In this document: positions 39,621 through 53,619 of the stretch, in pieces
Position numbering within the stretch: the first letter of the stretch is position 1
How the letters are laid out: every line of letters starts with the position of its first letter
Assembly: GCA_030141605.1 (NCBI GenBank)
Contig: JAQGDQ010000131.1
Coordinates: 477,536-541,535, forward strand
Length of the DNA stretch: 64,000 nucleotides
Direction: 5' to 3'
Source of the DNA: Tubiluchus corallicola
Lineage: Eukaryota > Animalia > Priapulida
Program-made: the position numbers and the translations under genes
The notes under the pieces: model-generated
The model's database searches: none
What the model was told of the DNA's origin: nothing
What the model saw: only the letters and a program-made list of their open reading frames with translations

Positions 39621-42600
39621 TCAAGGCATACCAGCTTCTATAACAGACGATAATAAAAACTTATCCTGTAAAGCAAACTCCAATTCTTTTTCATCCAAGT
39701 TTAAGGTCACTTTACTTAACCTCAAGTCTTTAGCCTTTTTTAAGGAAATCACACCCTGACTGTCAACAAGCGTGCATAAGCTAAAGAACTCAACAAATGC
39801 AGCACCTGTCAAGTGACGCTTTTTGCACACCTTAATGTAAACTTCGTGCAACTTGCCAATTGCCACCTCTTTCGTCTTCCCCGCTTTGGTCATCAACAAT
39901 AGTGTACACACAAGCAGTTTCTGTTGCAATGGAAGCCCAGTGCTTTCCTGGGAATTTCCGCAAGATGAATGTGCAACCTTATTATCATACACTTGAGAAA
40001 GCACATTGCTAATAGTAACCAGCCCGACCTTACGAATTGAACTCTGAGACTTCCCCTGGGTTTTTCTTGGACTTCCAGGATTGCAGCCATCATCTGACGT
40101 TTCTTCCAGGATGTGACCTACTTTGTTCTGTGATTCAATAATTTCCACCGCTCTTCGACAAACATCAAGGGCTTTACGCATGTCTCCTGCAACAGCTGCA
40201 ACTTTCCGTGCACAAAAATTAATGGCCACTGGTTCTAAAATATCTTCTAGCTGATTCACACGATCATGGATTATGGTTGATATCTCCTGCCTAGTAAATG
40301 GAGGAAAATGTAACAGTTGAGGCTTTAAATGTGGACGCGCTTCCAACCGTGGAAGTATCCTGTCAGTGAGATCAAGAGCATTTGCTATGCCGATTAGTAC
40401 AAACTTAGACTCGGGAAGTGCAGTCCATTCAAATATCGAATACAAAACACTTTTATCTTTGCAATCCAGTTGATCCATCTCATCCAGTATCAGCAAAATA
40501 GGTTTACTGCTGGTAATAAACTTCTTTTCTAACCATGCAACACATGCTGCTGTTGTAACATGTTGACCGCTATCCAGTGCGTTAGCAATTTTGTTGAAAA
40601 TCATTTGTGGGGATTTTATCATCATGCAGTTGATAAAAATACATGTGCACTTATCTTTGCCCTTTGAGATTTTATTCACGATGGAAGTGACACATGCTGT
40701 TTTCCCCGTTCCCGGTGCTCCTGATATATACAAACTTCCAGGTTTTTGTTTTTGCAATCGAGGTTTCAAAAAATCTTTGATGGCATCAAGTTCTTTATCC
40801 CGACACAGCAAGCGAGAGGGGACACTGGCATGTAACACTTGCTTTGTCCTCTGGTAGCAGGTTTCTTCCTGTTTGAAAATATATTGTTAATAAAATCAGT
40901 AAAATTACAGGTACATTTTCAAAAATTAGGCAATTCCTGAATTGTAATTTGAAGTAAAAGCTTCCACATTTTTCCTTATTCTCCCCTATTTAGAATATAG
41001 CGAACTTACATACGGATCAGCACCTCATTCCACATTGTGTCCTCTAGTTATTAATCAAAACAAATTTATTAGGCTCTGGACAAATACACTTAGAAGAGCC
41101 CGGGTTACACCTTTACGTTATCAACAAAAAATCTTAAAACTTCAGGACATCACTAACTTATCAAGGTGCACTGTCGTGGAATAATTTGCCCATTGAGCAT
41201 AAAAACAGCACCTTTAGCTATTTGATATGCAACTATAAATCCATGCTTATCTCTAATGACAGTGTGACTCTATCTAGCAAGTTCTACTTGTAATAAATCA
41301 TTTTAATTAGTTCTAACGTTTTCTCTTTGTACTAATTTATTAACTATAATTACATTGTTGTGGAATATTTTTTTCCCAAAAATGCTTAATATTATTATTT
41401 CTTTGCAGCCATAAAAAGAGAAGGTACGTCGGTAAGTCCATAATACTCTATAACACACTTTTTAATTACATTAAAAATGAGTTTACTTACATAACCTTTA
41501 ATTGACTCTAGTAGTTACACCACCTTTTCCTTCATTATAAAAATTATATTTTGTTGCTCCATTTTTATTTTTGCTTGCATATTTTGTTTTATCATTACAT
41601 ATAGATCGTCATCTTACGAACGAAAATCAGGATTTACTCACCACGAACGTGAGTATATTATTCGCTCATTGCTTCAAATCATCCTTAATTTTATGATATT
41701 ATGTTCCTTGATTCATAGTTTATACTTAGTCATTCAATTTTCATTGTATATTACGTTTATTCCATATCTGTTTCTTTATATATAGGTTCTCTTGTTCACT
41801 AATTTATCAGCATTATACTTGACATGTTTGGCAGAATATTATCGCATATAATCGTTCCATTATATTTAGTTTCCTATTATCATACATATTTTGTTTTCTT
41901 CTTTGGTTTGATCTCATTGGTTTCCTTGTTTTATAGTTCCATCAGTAAGTTATATAATTTACATATTTGGTTGAGCAAAATTACATATTTTCATTTTATT
42001 ACATTATTTCTTACCATGTAGTCTGCTTAGTTACCTCGTTTTTCATGCTGTTTCCCTATAGAGTAACAGTGATTTTTCTTTTACTCTATATAATAATAAT
42101 ACAGCAGTGCTATGAAATTTTCTTATAATTTACATTAACCCGAGAAGAGTAGCTGACTTTGATGACCAATTGGCCCTTCACTACCCTTTCTCCTGCACTC
42201 CCTGACACTTTCTTTTATGTATATGTTTTTATGGCAATTGTTAATTAACTATAGAACTTATAGTACATCTTGTCAATTTATTGTATATCTTATCAATTAT
42301 TGCATTAATTAGGAAATAAATAAAAAATGTCTATGAAAAGTCTTACAGGCTGTAGTATTTGGTGATGATTTTGCTTCTTTGCGAAGTCATTTTCCAAGCG
42401 CATTGGAGTGTAGTTTTCGTCACTGTTTGAGTGATACAGGTTTCTCCTTACTTTAGATGGTGAACACGTCAAAGCTTTTCCACTTGAAAAAGAAGCAAAC
42501 CGTTTACGTGGCATGACTTCATTTTCACAAATTGGAGAAAGTGTCACTTTATTTGTCGCGACAACAGCAATGTTTGACTTTTTAACAGGAAACCCAATAC

Positions 42601-42733
42601 TTAGTTGACGTAAATTTCTTCCACCTATCCTGCAACTGCTAGGTTGAGACGGTGTATTAATTTTGTTGTCGCCGACACCTGGTTTAGCTTTAGCATTTGT
42701 ACTACTTCGTGTGTTCCGTCGTGAAGCAGGCAT
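39621..42733 (-). CDS. CDC6: Cell division control protein 6 (AAA+ replication licensing factor), ~544 aa
   Basis: Exon 42733-42347 (disordered N-terminus with SP/TP CDK sites and an RxL motif) splices in phase 0 to exon 40868-39621: LYISGAPGTGKT (Walker A), LDEMD (Walker B), IGIANALDLTDR, AGDMRKALDVCRRA and a C-terminal winged helix (LPLQQKLL). Confidence 0.95.
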
Positions 42734-42872
42734 AGCTGCATTTACAATTATAGTACTATCAATAAAACGCGTTAATTGTCACAAATTTATAAGAATTCCT
42801 AGCAAGTAGTAATTAAAAGAAACATAAAAGAATCACGAAAACGTAAATGTTACTTTGCTTTCACACACTAAC

Positions 42873-43027
42873 TTTCGCGCCAAATCGCAAAACCGGTGAC
42901 GTCATACAAAAATTCTTTTTATGGGGCGCTAGTTTTCCTTGGGTTGTAAGGGCACCTACTGCGCCCCGGCCAATGCGATGATTTACTGCGATGTCAGTCA
43001 ATTTGGCTCATTTCTTGTTTCGCCAAT
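42873..43027 (-). promoter_or_regulatory. cdc6 promoter: overlapping E2F site, CRE and CCAAT boxes
   Basis: TTTCGCGCCAAA at 42873-42884, TGACGTCA at 42897-42904, CCAAT at 42970-42974 and 43023-43027, 140-290 nt upstream of the ATG; CDC6 is a known E2F target. Confidence 0.75.
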
Positions 43028-43030
43028 AAG

Positions 43031-43241
43031 TAGGGGTGAGCAATCTCTACCAGAAATCGAATTCGAATCGAATTGAAGTTGTGTCTCTCGAATTTTAACC
43101 GAACTTCAGTATTTCAGAGATTGAAAGATTTTTGAACAAGTTTTTGAATCAAAAGTAAAATTAGTCTTACAAAGGTCATGCATATTAGTCGATTTTGTTC
43201 TGCAGTAAAACCACGAATAATTTGCTTAAAATTGTGCACAG
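43031..43241. mobile_element. Partial hAT-like MITE (inverted copy of 27290-27502)
   Basis: Begins taggggtgagca; similar to the reverse complement of 27290-27502. Confidence 0.55.
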
Positions 43242-43379
43242 ATGTCCTCTGCATTCTAATCCATAGTTGTACCACGTAAAGTCAAATTTTAGTTGATTTT
43301 TTAGTTGATACACATGTTCATCGTTCAGGATCTGCATACTGTTGGACCAAAAAATTATTCTGTACAGGAACGTGTGGCG

Positions 43380-44460
43380 TTGTTGTTGTTGACAACTGAC
43401 AACTATTCAGAACAATTTGAAGGCATCGTAGAACTGTAGACAGCTCCAGCTTTGCTAACTCCGAATACCATTGCCAAAATAATTTTTGACTCTAAGTAAG
43501 CATACATTGCATCATTCCATCTGAGTCCAGCTGTCCAGATTTCTTGCAGTAATATCCTTTAATGGACTAGAAATGGAATGGAGAAATGAAGCCAGCTAGA
43601 TAAAAAATGGTTGCTAGTTTTCTCACATCATTTTTGTTTGTCGTCTTGGAATCGACTGATGGCATGTTAGTGTGAAACGCACATACATCTGAATTTGCTC
43701 TCCAGACGAAATCCTAACTTTGCCTGTTGTTAGTTCTTGTTCAAAACATATTACATGCAGACGTCGTTCCACCAGTGTCTCTACTAAGACATCTGATAAG
43801 TTCGACAACAATTTCCTTGCATACATGTCAGCTAAAGCACAGAATTCTGATAACTGATGATAAAATTTTATCCATCTTCTAAACAATACATGCATGTATG
43901 TTGGATACAGCACAGTCTGTGCACTGTGCAAATTAATTTGAAGTTTATCTTGATTCTTTTGAGCATGTTTCTGCGTGACAAGTTGAGATATTTAATGGCG
44001 ATGCAATTTTCTCCAAAAAAAAATACACGACAGAACGCATATTTATCTGGTGGTGTCATGGTTTGTCCAGAGGAAGCGATGAAAAGGCATGTCCGAGATG
44101 TCCACCTCGGTTATTCCTATGTAAAAATACATTTCAGCAATGCTGCAGACAAAGGCACCTTCCGGAATTGAAGTAGAACACTGTTAGGTCCTGTTGCCGT
44201 TTTGGTGTTTGATATATCGTGTTGTTCAAGGAAGCTCAATCATATGTGGCTAAGATGTCAAAATTTATGCGACATTTTGTAGTTGAATGGTCCTGATGCA
44301 CCACTGGAAAATCTGGCACTGTTGTTGTCTCATATCGTGGAACCTTGCATGTGTACTTTTCCAAATAGTGCTGTATTGTGCCACAATACTGTTTAGCGAT
44401 TTCCAAGATTCTTTATTAACTTCTTTTCTGTGTTAAACAAATGCACTAGAAGCAGTGAAA
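43380..44460 (-). mobile_element. Decayed BEL/Pao LTR retrotransposon pol (RT region) fragment
   Basis: Frameshifted minus-strand translations FPVVHQDHSTTKCRINFD, SLNNTIYQ, PFHRFLW, LATIFYLAGFISPF, RILLQEIWTAGLRWND match BEL/Pao RT motifs (TTKxRxVFD, SLND, RFLW, IFDPLG, KILLQxLW..WD) in the right order. No LTRs seen. Confidence 0.8.
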
Positions 44461-47400
44461 TTTAAGACAATAAAGAGCAATATTTAACAATTTTATCAGT
44501 GCAGATGGCAGCACTGTATAAAAAGTTGAAAAAAGAATGATGATGAAAACATAATAACATAAGTAAATTTTAGTATAACAGAGATAATTTCCTTCTGTCC
44601 AAGTGAGCTGTTTTCATTATAATAAGGTCTGTCTAGTAAGAAGTGTCAGGGCTCAGAGAATAAAATAATATGAGACGTACAACATATGGATGCCTGTGAG
44701 AATATTATCTAAAATGCCGAGTTTTTTTCTCTTTCTGAAATGTGGGATTCCCCGATCAGTAAAACACGATTTTGTTGAAAAATACAAAAAAGTTAATCAC
44801 TAGGTGACCACTGATTTTTATACTGAACCGATGGATACAGTAAATTATTTTGATATGCGGTTAATTGACGTCTAATATGTTAATCATTTTTGTTGACTGC
44901 CCAATCAGCATACAAGTTATTTCACACACCCCCGTCGAACACTGTTATGAAAAATGCTGAACTTTTCATTAATTAGCGGGAGAAATATTGGCCTGGTTGT
45001 AGATTTTATTATTGTCAATCGAAATTGCAAGTGAATTAGTGGAAATATGTAGTTTAGTTTCGTTTATAGGAAGAAATGCACAACGCTTACGTCTATGAGT
45101 TGCTGATTAAACCATTTTGCAATCAGGAAAATGCGCAGTTTAATTTAGTTTATGGCTTTGTAAGTTAGATAAAACAACTATTTGATTAACTTTAAATAAG
45201 GCAAAACAAAATGTTTTCTTTTCTGGTCAGTTTTTATAAACCTCAATGAGATCTTCACAGTCAAAATTAATTCAAAGGTAGTCACAACTTATATGATATA
45301 TACATCAATGTAATATTAGCTAATTTTACCCTATTTTTCTGGTTATAATCAAGGTTGAAAAACGCCGTTGTGACTTATGTAATTCGAGCATTCAATACAA
45401 AGGTTGTCTATGGAATGGAACAGTCAAATTTATCCCATTTCCGCAGCCTGACAAACGGAAAAATACAAAAACTGATTAAATTTTGCAGACGAGGACATGA
45501 TCAATTAATATAGAAAAATGCGTCGCAGGCTTGATGTTCATATGTTTAAAGGCAAGAGAGACTTAATATTTTTATTGCTCATTTAGTGTAAAGCAAGGCT
45601 AACTGGCTAAGTTTCTTTATTATATTTATGTCTTTGTATTTTGTTGTGCTTTGAAACATCGTCTCTACATTTTGTTTAAATTGAAAAGTCATTTTTTGGC
45701 TACTTGAAGTGTTAATTGCGTGTTAAAATAGCTGCTGCTCTGCAAATATGTGTTTGTGATTGCTGTGAAAAAGAGCAATCAGTTTATCTGCTGATTAGAC
45801 ATTAGCTATGACTGTCACGTTGTTTAGTTTAGTTTAGCTTAGACAGTTGTTCTGCGTGAGCTGTTGTCCCGAATGCTGCTGAGCGTGGTTACCTTGCAAG
45901 CGGGGGCGGAGCGATAGACCAATATGTTTGACGTCAATTGCTTCTGAAAGTTATTACGCTATTGAGATGAAGAAATGGAGCTGCCTGAATGCCGGGTCTT
46001 GTTCCGAAGTTAGTATACGTCTACACGTGCCAAGACAGCTCCAAGACTGACAGAAATGTACGCGAAGTAGATCCAGTGCGTATGTTAGTTGACAAATGCA
46101 CTGACATTTCAAATGACGTAAAAATAATTTAGAGTAACTTTCTATGTCTGCTTGTCTGTAAATTGCAAATCAATGTTGCAATGTAGCTATAACCATTCAT
46201 TTCGACAGTAAAGATGTAGGTAATTTCTTTGCGAAATAGTCTTACCTTACATTGCGTGGGTAGAAATGATTTATTAGATTCAATTTTCCATTGTTGCCGA
46301 AAGTCTTGACAGCGTCGTTCTAATTATGGCTGTCAACCGTCAACTGTTAAATGAGTAAATGGAAAAAATGGAGAGCTGGGGTCTGCGCCTGTGCCTGTGG
46401 TAACTAGGACAGCTTAGAACATACACTTGTCTTTAGGCTACACTTTGTTGTTTCATTAGAGTCGCTTTCGAACTAGTTTTGTGATTTCGCTTTGTCTTTC
46501 TTGGCCTGATTGACCTAAATTTTATTGAAACTGGCCGATGTTCTGGTTTAATGCTAAGTTAATCGTCTTACGTAGTTTATAATTGTAATCTTTGTTTAAA
46601 GTGGGCTTTAAATTCGACAAACAACACAAGTCTGCCACGAGGCTTTTGTGTCTGTGTAATGCGATAAGCGTTTGGTGTAATTAATAAAATTAGTTTAAAG
46701 TGGTGATCATTTTGAACGCTCTTTTATCGCTTTTATGCAACTGGAGAAAACCGGCATTAAGCAATTTTTACAAAAAAATTGACTCATTATATTATTAGGA
46801 ATGTTACATTTTTATGTGATTATACGTGTGAAAATGACTGTCAAACTCATGATATCATTGTTAGGAAAGTTAAAGTAATTATTACAGAAATGGCTAGAGG
46901 CTGTTCAAGTACAGAAATTAGCACGGAGCCAAGTGTATTGTTTATTTGTATTGACCTACTGCAAGCTGTTCTTTTAATGTTTTTCTTCAACACTAAAGTT
47001 GGTGTGAAGTTAGTAAAAGCAAAATAAACTTTATTAGGTGACTTCTTGAAGCAAGAGGAATAGGTGACTTATTACTGTGTTAGTATAGCCGCTAGAGTTA
47101 ACCAATGTCGAGCCTGATTAAATGTGCCACATATGGGTAAATTCTGTGAAAATGCTTCATTTGCACATCCCCCTACAGCTCGATGAATGAGGATGTGTAG
47201 ATCTCCGAACTTGTCTATGACCTCTGTCAGTTCAGTAGTTCATCTAGGGCTTTCTAGGCTATACTAAGCCAAATTAAGCTCAAGCGACGGTAACATAATT
47301 GCAGGCTAATGTAATGGTATGTTTTTCTTCCGTTAGGGTACTAGATGTGAACTACAGAGTACTAATAAACGAAACGCCTCATTTCCATTTAGAGTGTTAA

Positions 47401-48382
47401 GGTCAGTTTCTGGCTTTAACATGTAGGTGGCAGCACCTATGTGAACTTACCTGTAATTTTACCTGTGAAGTTGTAAATTGGGTAATTTAGGCTGTAAATT
47501 AGAAGCCCCAGCAAACGTTAAATAATGTTTAGATAAATGTTCAAGTATAGCGTCTTCACCTGATTTGCTGTAAACCAGCATGGCGTTCCAAGGATGTATT
47601 AAGTTGTCATAGCCGCACGATGTGAGTAATATTTGTTTTTATTATCTTAAATTATAATAATTAGATCATTATAAATTTGTAAGCAGTGAAAGCAGTCAAA
47701 TTTATTATTTTCGTTTTTTATATACAGAAATAAAGATTTCTGAGAACACCATATGCTATGAAGGAAATTCTTTTGTGTTCCCGTCACATAGAGTTTCCAT
47801 TGCATTACGAGAGTACCGAAAGGCAGGCGGTAACCCTATACGTGTCATACTTGAAGTTGCCAGTCTTGCACAAATCTTAATGCATAATAACGCAACACCA
47901 GTAAAATTCTGCAATGTCACTGAGCACATAAAATTTCTAATCTAAATTTTTCCTAACACCATACATTGAACGTTTGTTTTGGTTATCAGGAACGAATATG
48001 TTGGTTAACAATAATTGTAACGATTTGTAAACTAAACACTATATAAACGGTTTCTTCATGGTAGCCCTAACAAATAAACTGCACACATGAACACAAATGT
48101 ACCAATGTTCTGCATTTATTGTACACAAGTCAATGACTGCAAGCACTACAATTAAATGATAACGTTTAACAACAACTGATAAACAACAAAAAACAGTGCC
48201 AATACAGATTTATGCTTATAATAATTATATACTAGTAGTATAGTGATTATATACGTGATTATAGTATAGTTACAGCAAATAAAAACTATTTAATTTCAAA
48301 AATGTTTTTCTTGTTTTTTTCAAATCTTTTCATTATTAACAATATTTTGGCTTGAAAAGTATGACACTTCTGTCAATTAGCG

Positions 48383-50053
48383 TCAATATCCTCCTCCTTG
48401 GTTACCATATCCTGCTCCTTGATTACCATATCCTGCTCCTTGGTTACCATATCCTGCTCCTTGGTTACCATGTCCTGCTCCTTGGTTACCATGTCCTGCT
48501 CCTTGGTTAGGTATCCTCCTCCTCCTCGCTACTTGGTTATTGTTTCTTCCGTGGTTATCGTAACCAGACGCCTTTACGTAGCGAACAATTACTTTGTTTT
48601 TGCCTATAAAATATCAAAGTTTTTCAAAGTTTGAAAAATTACTATTGCAAATTAACTTAAAACTAGCCAATCGTTTTTGCTAGTATAATATACATAAAAT
48701 ATAAAAAATGATTAATGTAACGGTTACTCGAGAAAGCCTGAACTTTTAAAATTAATGATTTGCGATTTAATTAATAAATGGGAAACAAGAAATTAATGTA
48801 TATTTCATTCTTTTGTCCAGCATCACATAGGCACTATTGTATTACATAGCCAAAAATAATCGCTGTAGGCTAGCGAACACCCAATTAAACGGAATACAAA
48901 TGCAGACCTTTTTCTCCCGGCGGTCCAGGAGGGCCAGGAAAACCTCTAAATCCCCTTGGACCTGGATCGCCTTTTGGTCCTGATGGACCGGATGGTCCAG
49001 GCGGACAAAAGCATTCTGAAAAGAAAATTGTTTTTAGATTAACATTAGCATATCTCTTTCAAGCTTCCTGACCATAGCGGTACTGACCATGCCCACAACT
49101 TTATAGATAACAACTTTATACAAGTCGGTTTTCTTGCAGTTTGATTGGATGAAAATGACGCGTGCGCCCCCTCAAATATGTAAACAGCGGCCGTTGTCTA
49201 AGATAAGTAATTTTAAAAAGCACATTTGGTTCTCGAAAACTGGCGTCAACTTTCTAAATCGTACGTTCTTTTTTTGAGAATGCGGAATCAGCAAAATGAA
49301 GCTTGGGGTTGCTTTATCCAATCATGGCCAATCAAATCGCTAGAAAAAGACGCGTAGTTTCAAAAAAGGCCCATGATAGGTATAGTGGCGGAGCATGCTG
49401 ATAGCAATGCAAATCGCATTAATACAGGGCGCACATTATGCACAATGTGTTGCAACTATTTTTCTGACACTGATATTTGCTCGTCTGCAGGTTGGATAAA
49501 AACTTTTATTAACTTTTTTGCACGCAGATTTTTATTAAATTAAGGTGTATATTTTTTGTTCAATTATTTTTCGAGACAAACGACTAGTCCTTTAAAAAGA
49601 GAGCACATATTCTCGCAAAAAACATGCTTAAGTTTCTGTCTTCGGCAAACTCAGTCAGCTGTTGTACACAGACTCAGTACAAAAATTTCAGAATAAACTG
49701 AACTAAACCAGTTCACTGAGATCAGACCAAGCAAACGCAATCACTTAGTTACTTAGCAGTCGTTTAGCAATCGTGCTGTCGTGTGCGGGCAAATTTCGTC
49801 AAATATGATTTGCGTCAGGAAGTTTGTTGCAGACAAATTTTTGGCGACTAATATAAACGCAAATTCTGCACTCTATCGTTGGAAAAAGCTGCACGTTTCA
49901 CACATAGGCGAGTATCAATTAGACAAAAATAACTTAATTACCCTCTTCTTCTTCTTCTTCTTCCTCTTGTACTTGAGCAGACGTGCAAGTAATTGTCCAT
50001 GCTATCATGCATGCTGCAAGCGCCAGGTAAATGCTTCTCTTTTCCAGCATCAT
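48383..50053 (-). CDS. Secreted short collagen-like protein, 146 aa (signal peptide, poly-Glu, CxC, 11 Gly-X-Y, RRRR, GNQGAGY repeats)
   Basis: Exons 50053-49942, 49015-48908 and 48603-48383, joined by GT-AG introns with matching phase 1 junctions, give [118 protein letters not shown](GNQGAGY)3GNQGGGY*. An acceptor just before the ATG (50055-50056) implies an upstream non-coding exon; AATAAA (-) at 48115-48120. Confidence 0.88.
48386..48508 (-). repeat. 21-bp coding minisatellite (about 6 units) encoding GNQGAG(Y/H)
   Basis: Unit atatcctgctccttggttacc on the + strand; in frame on the minus strand, ending at TGA 48383-48385. Confidence 0.95.
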
Positions 50054-50159
50054 CCTAAAAGGATAAACAATTGTGTAAATGAAATATGCGACGGCAATTC
50101 ACTAAATAAAAGACGACAAAAGCAAACACAATATGCTCTTTATTTCTTTATTTCATTTC

Positions 50160-50361
50160 AGAGACAGAAAAGAGAGACAGAGACAGAGACAGAGAGAGAG
50201 AGAGAGAGAGGGGGGGAGGGAGAGGGAGAGAGAGGGAGCGAGAGAGAGAAAAAGGAAAGAGAGAAAGAGAGGGCAAGGAGTAAGAAAGGAGGATTCTAAT
50301 ACAAATTACAAACTACAAAGCATTGGCATTTACAATGTTCAAAAACTCCTCAACTATAAGC
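50160..50361. repeat. GA-rich tract plus 89-bp segment duplicated at 53464-53551
   Basis: gcaaggagtaagaaag...cctcaactataagc follows a GA tract at both 50273 and 53464, with about 3 differences. Confidence 0.9.
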
Positions 50362-52089
50362 GGCTCACGTAGATTTGCTCAGGTAATTTATAGGTCCAAT
50401 GAATTCACGACACATGCAAAACACTTTTTGATATGCCAGTAACATTACTTTGTATTTCTTATAAATATGCTAGAATTTTTATACAATTCAGTAAAGTAAG
50501 CTTATTGACGCTACTAATAAGAAATCCCACCGTGAGGATATAAAAAAGGCAAAAAAGGATATGCAAATTGAGTGAATATTGTGAATTTTTTTATGATGAC
50601 TAATTCTATCAATACTTAGCAGTTATCTTTGAGAATTGCACGCACGATATCACTGACAGTACTAGTATTAGATTAAAAACCATTTGATCACAATGAAGAT
50701 CAGGAGAGAGGGAAAAAGGAGGAGAGAAAGGCAAAGAGCACGACATGAGAAAGAGTAAGTAGTACTGTCTTGAATTTTTCCTCTTGTTTAATCCCTTGTT
50801 ATCAACACGCAGTCACACAGTGATAATCAACATTATATTACTATGCATAAAAGTCTGGATTAATAGTCAAAAATTTATAAGTCTAATTATTTAAATAATT
50901 GAATTAAATCAATTAAATAATATTATGCTACTTTAAATCCTATATTCAAAGTTATTTCGCTCCCACTACGCAATTACAAAAATTGTGTATAGCGGTGTAA
51001 ATAAGATATCTAATTAAAAATTTCGGTGTTTCAATCATCTTTTTATGCCGTCACCCTTGTCTAGTACAAACAAACACAGTGCGATAGATAAGTTGGGTTA
51101 GTTATGCAAGGATGTTAATTAGTCTACTTATGCAAAAACAACAACAAAATCATTAACAGAATATATTTATACCTTTTTTGCTCTTTGTTCGAAGATACAG
51201 TGTTGCTTATTTGGTCTGCACACTGAGAAGTTTGTCACTAAAATGCTCTGCGCTTTGACAATGTAGAGCACTTGAGTTCGCTAATGAGTTCTTCGTTACC
51301 CTCAAGACAAGAAATTAGTTCAGTATGTTAATAAGAATGTATTGCTTCCTTCTTTCTAAGTGACATCATTTACCTTTTGCCCCGCGAGAAGAGACTATAG
51401 TTCAGAACAACTAAACGTTAAGTTTCTATTTAGATCGATACACGTCCAAATCATTCAAGGAGAGTCAAAGGGGCACTCCTTGATCACTCAATTTGAAGGC
51501 TTGCAAATAATTTGGGCTGCATGCACGTCACCGATCGAGATTTGAAGAGATTTTTTGAACTTGACATTTGCAGTACTTACGAGAATCAAGAAAAATACGA
51601 CCACCTCTTAAAATTAAACCCACAGTGTAAATTTACAGTGCATTAGGGATTCACATAAATTGAGAAGAATGTTGAATCATTTAAGCCAAACAACGCTCTT
51701 CAAAATGCTGCTTGATTATAGAATTTTATATATGTTTCTACTAAAATATTATACTTATTTCATCACTATAGGCCAATTATGTAAAAATGACAGACGGGAT
51801 TTTCTATCGCACGAAAAACTAATTGATACATCAGCGTGTTTTAGTCTTAGATGTCATACAGAAAAAAGTAGCGGCTTAAACAAATACCTGTGTTCTATGG
51901 AACGCGAAAGCGGAATTTAATGCTTATTTTTGAGTAGTTAAATTAATGAATTATGAATATTAATAAATCTATTATGAAAATTCATAATTCATTTATTAAC
52001 ATTAATAATCATTTATTAATATTCGTAATTAATTCATTAATATTCAAAATGATTTATGTTAGCGTATTCAAAATAGAATGATGAGCCCC

Positions 52090-52302
<213 letters not shown>

Positions 52303-52812
52303 TCCAGTTACTTATGTAACTGGAAAAGAAAATTATTAACAATTTAAAATATTCGTGCCAATTGGTGAAAGGTTACTGACTCACCTTCCCAGTGTGCACC
52401 ACAGACTCACCAAAAAACATATTTTTAATTTCACTGACAAGATAAAGTAATAAAATAATACTTTTACTTAGTTAGTGAAGGGTGTGTACTAAGAATGCTC
52501 TGATTATTTTTTTTGAACTTTATGCAATGTAATATAAACTTGTTTCAAACTACTTGCCTTTAAAATGGCTGCATTTCGCACTCATCGCGAGAGTTTAAAT
52601 TTATAAGTTTTACACAGCGTTACTACTAACACAAGCTCAGTATGCAGTACGTACGTGATCTCAAAATGATTTTTTAACGTTATGAAAGTACATGGTTATT
52701 TCTTGTTTTTAACGTTGTTGAACAGAAAAACAGCAAAATATTTTTTAACTGATATAGTTCAAACACATAAAGCATGAAACATTTTTCTAGCTACAAAATT
52801 GGTTTAGATGAC

Positions 52813-53465
<653 letters not shown>

Positions 53466-53619
53466 AAGGAGTAAGAAAGAGGATTCTAATACAAATTACA
53501 AACTACAAAGCATTGGCATTTACAATGTTTAAAAATTCCTCAACTATAAGCAGACCTCTCGCCTCGTAGGCCTATGGACCCGACAAACTTTAGTTGAGTT
53601 TGAAAACGTTAAAGTGTTA

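Noticed and set aside
48398-48634. + strand ORF (VTISCSL)n, and the 21-bp repeat as a possible CRISPR array
   Set aside because: The ORF is the antisense shadow of the GNQGAGY exon; the repeats are contiguous with no spacers and the DNA is eukaryotic.
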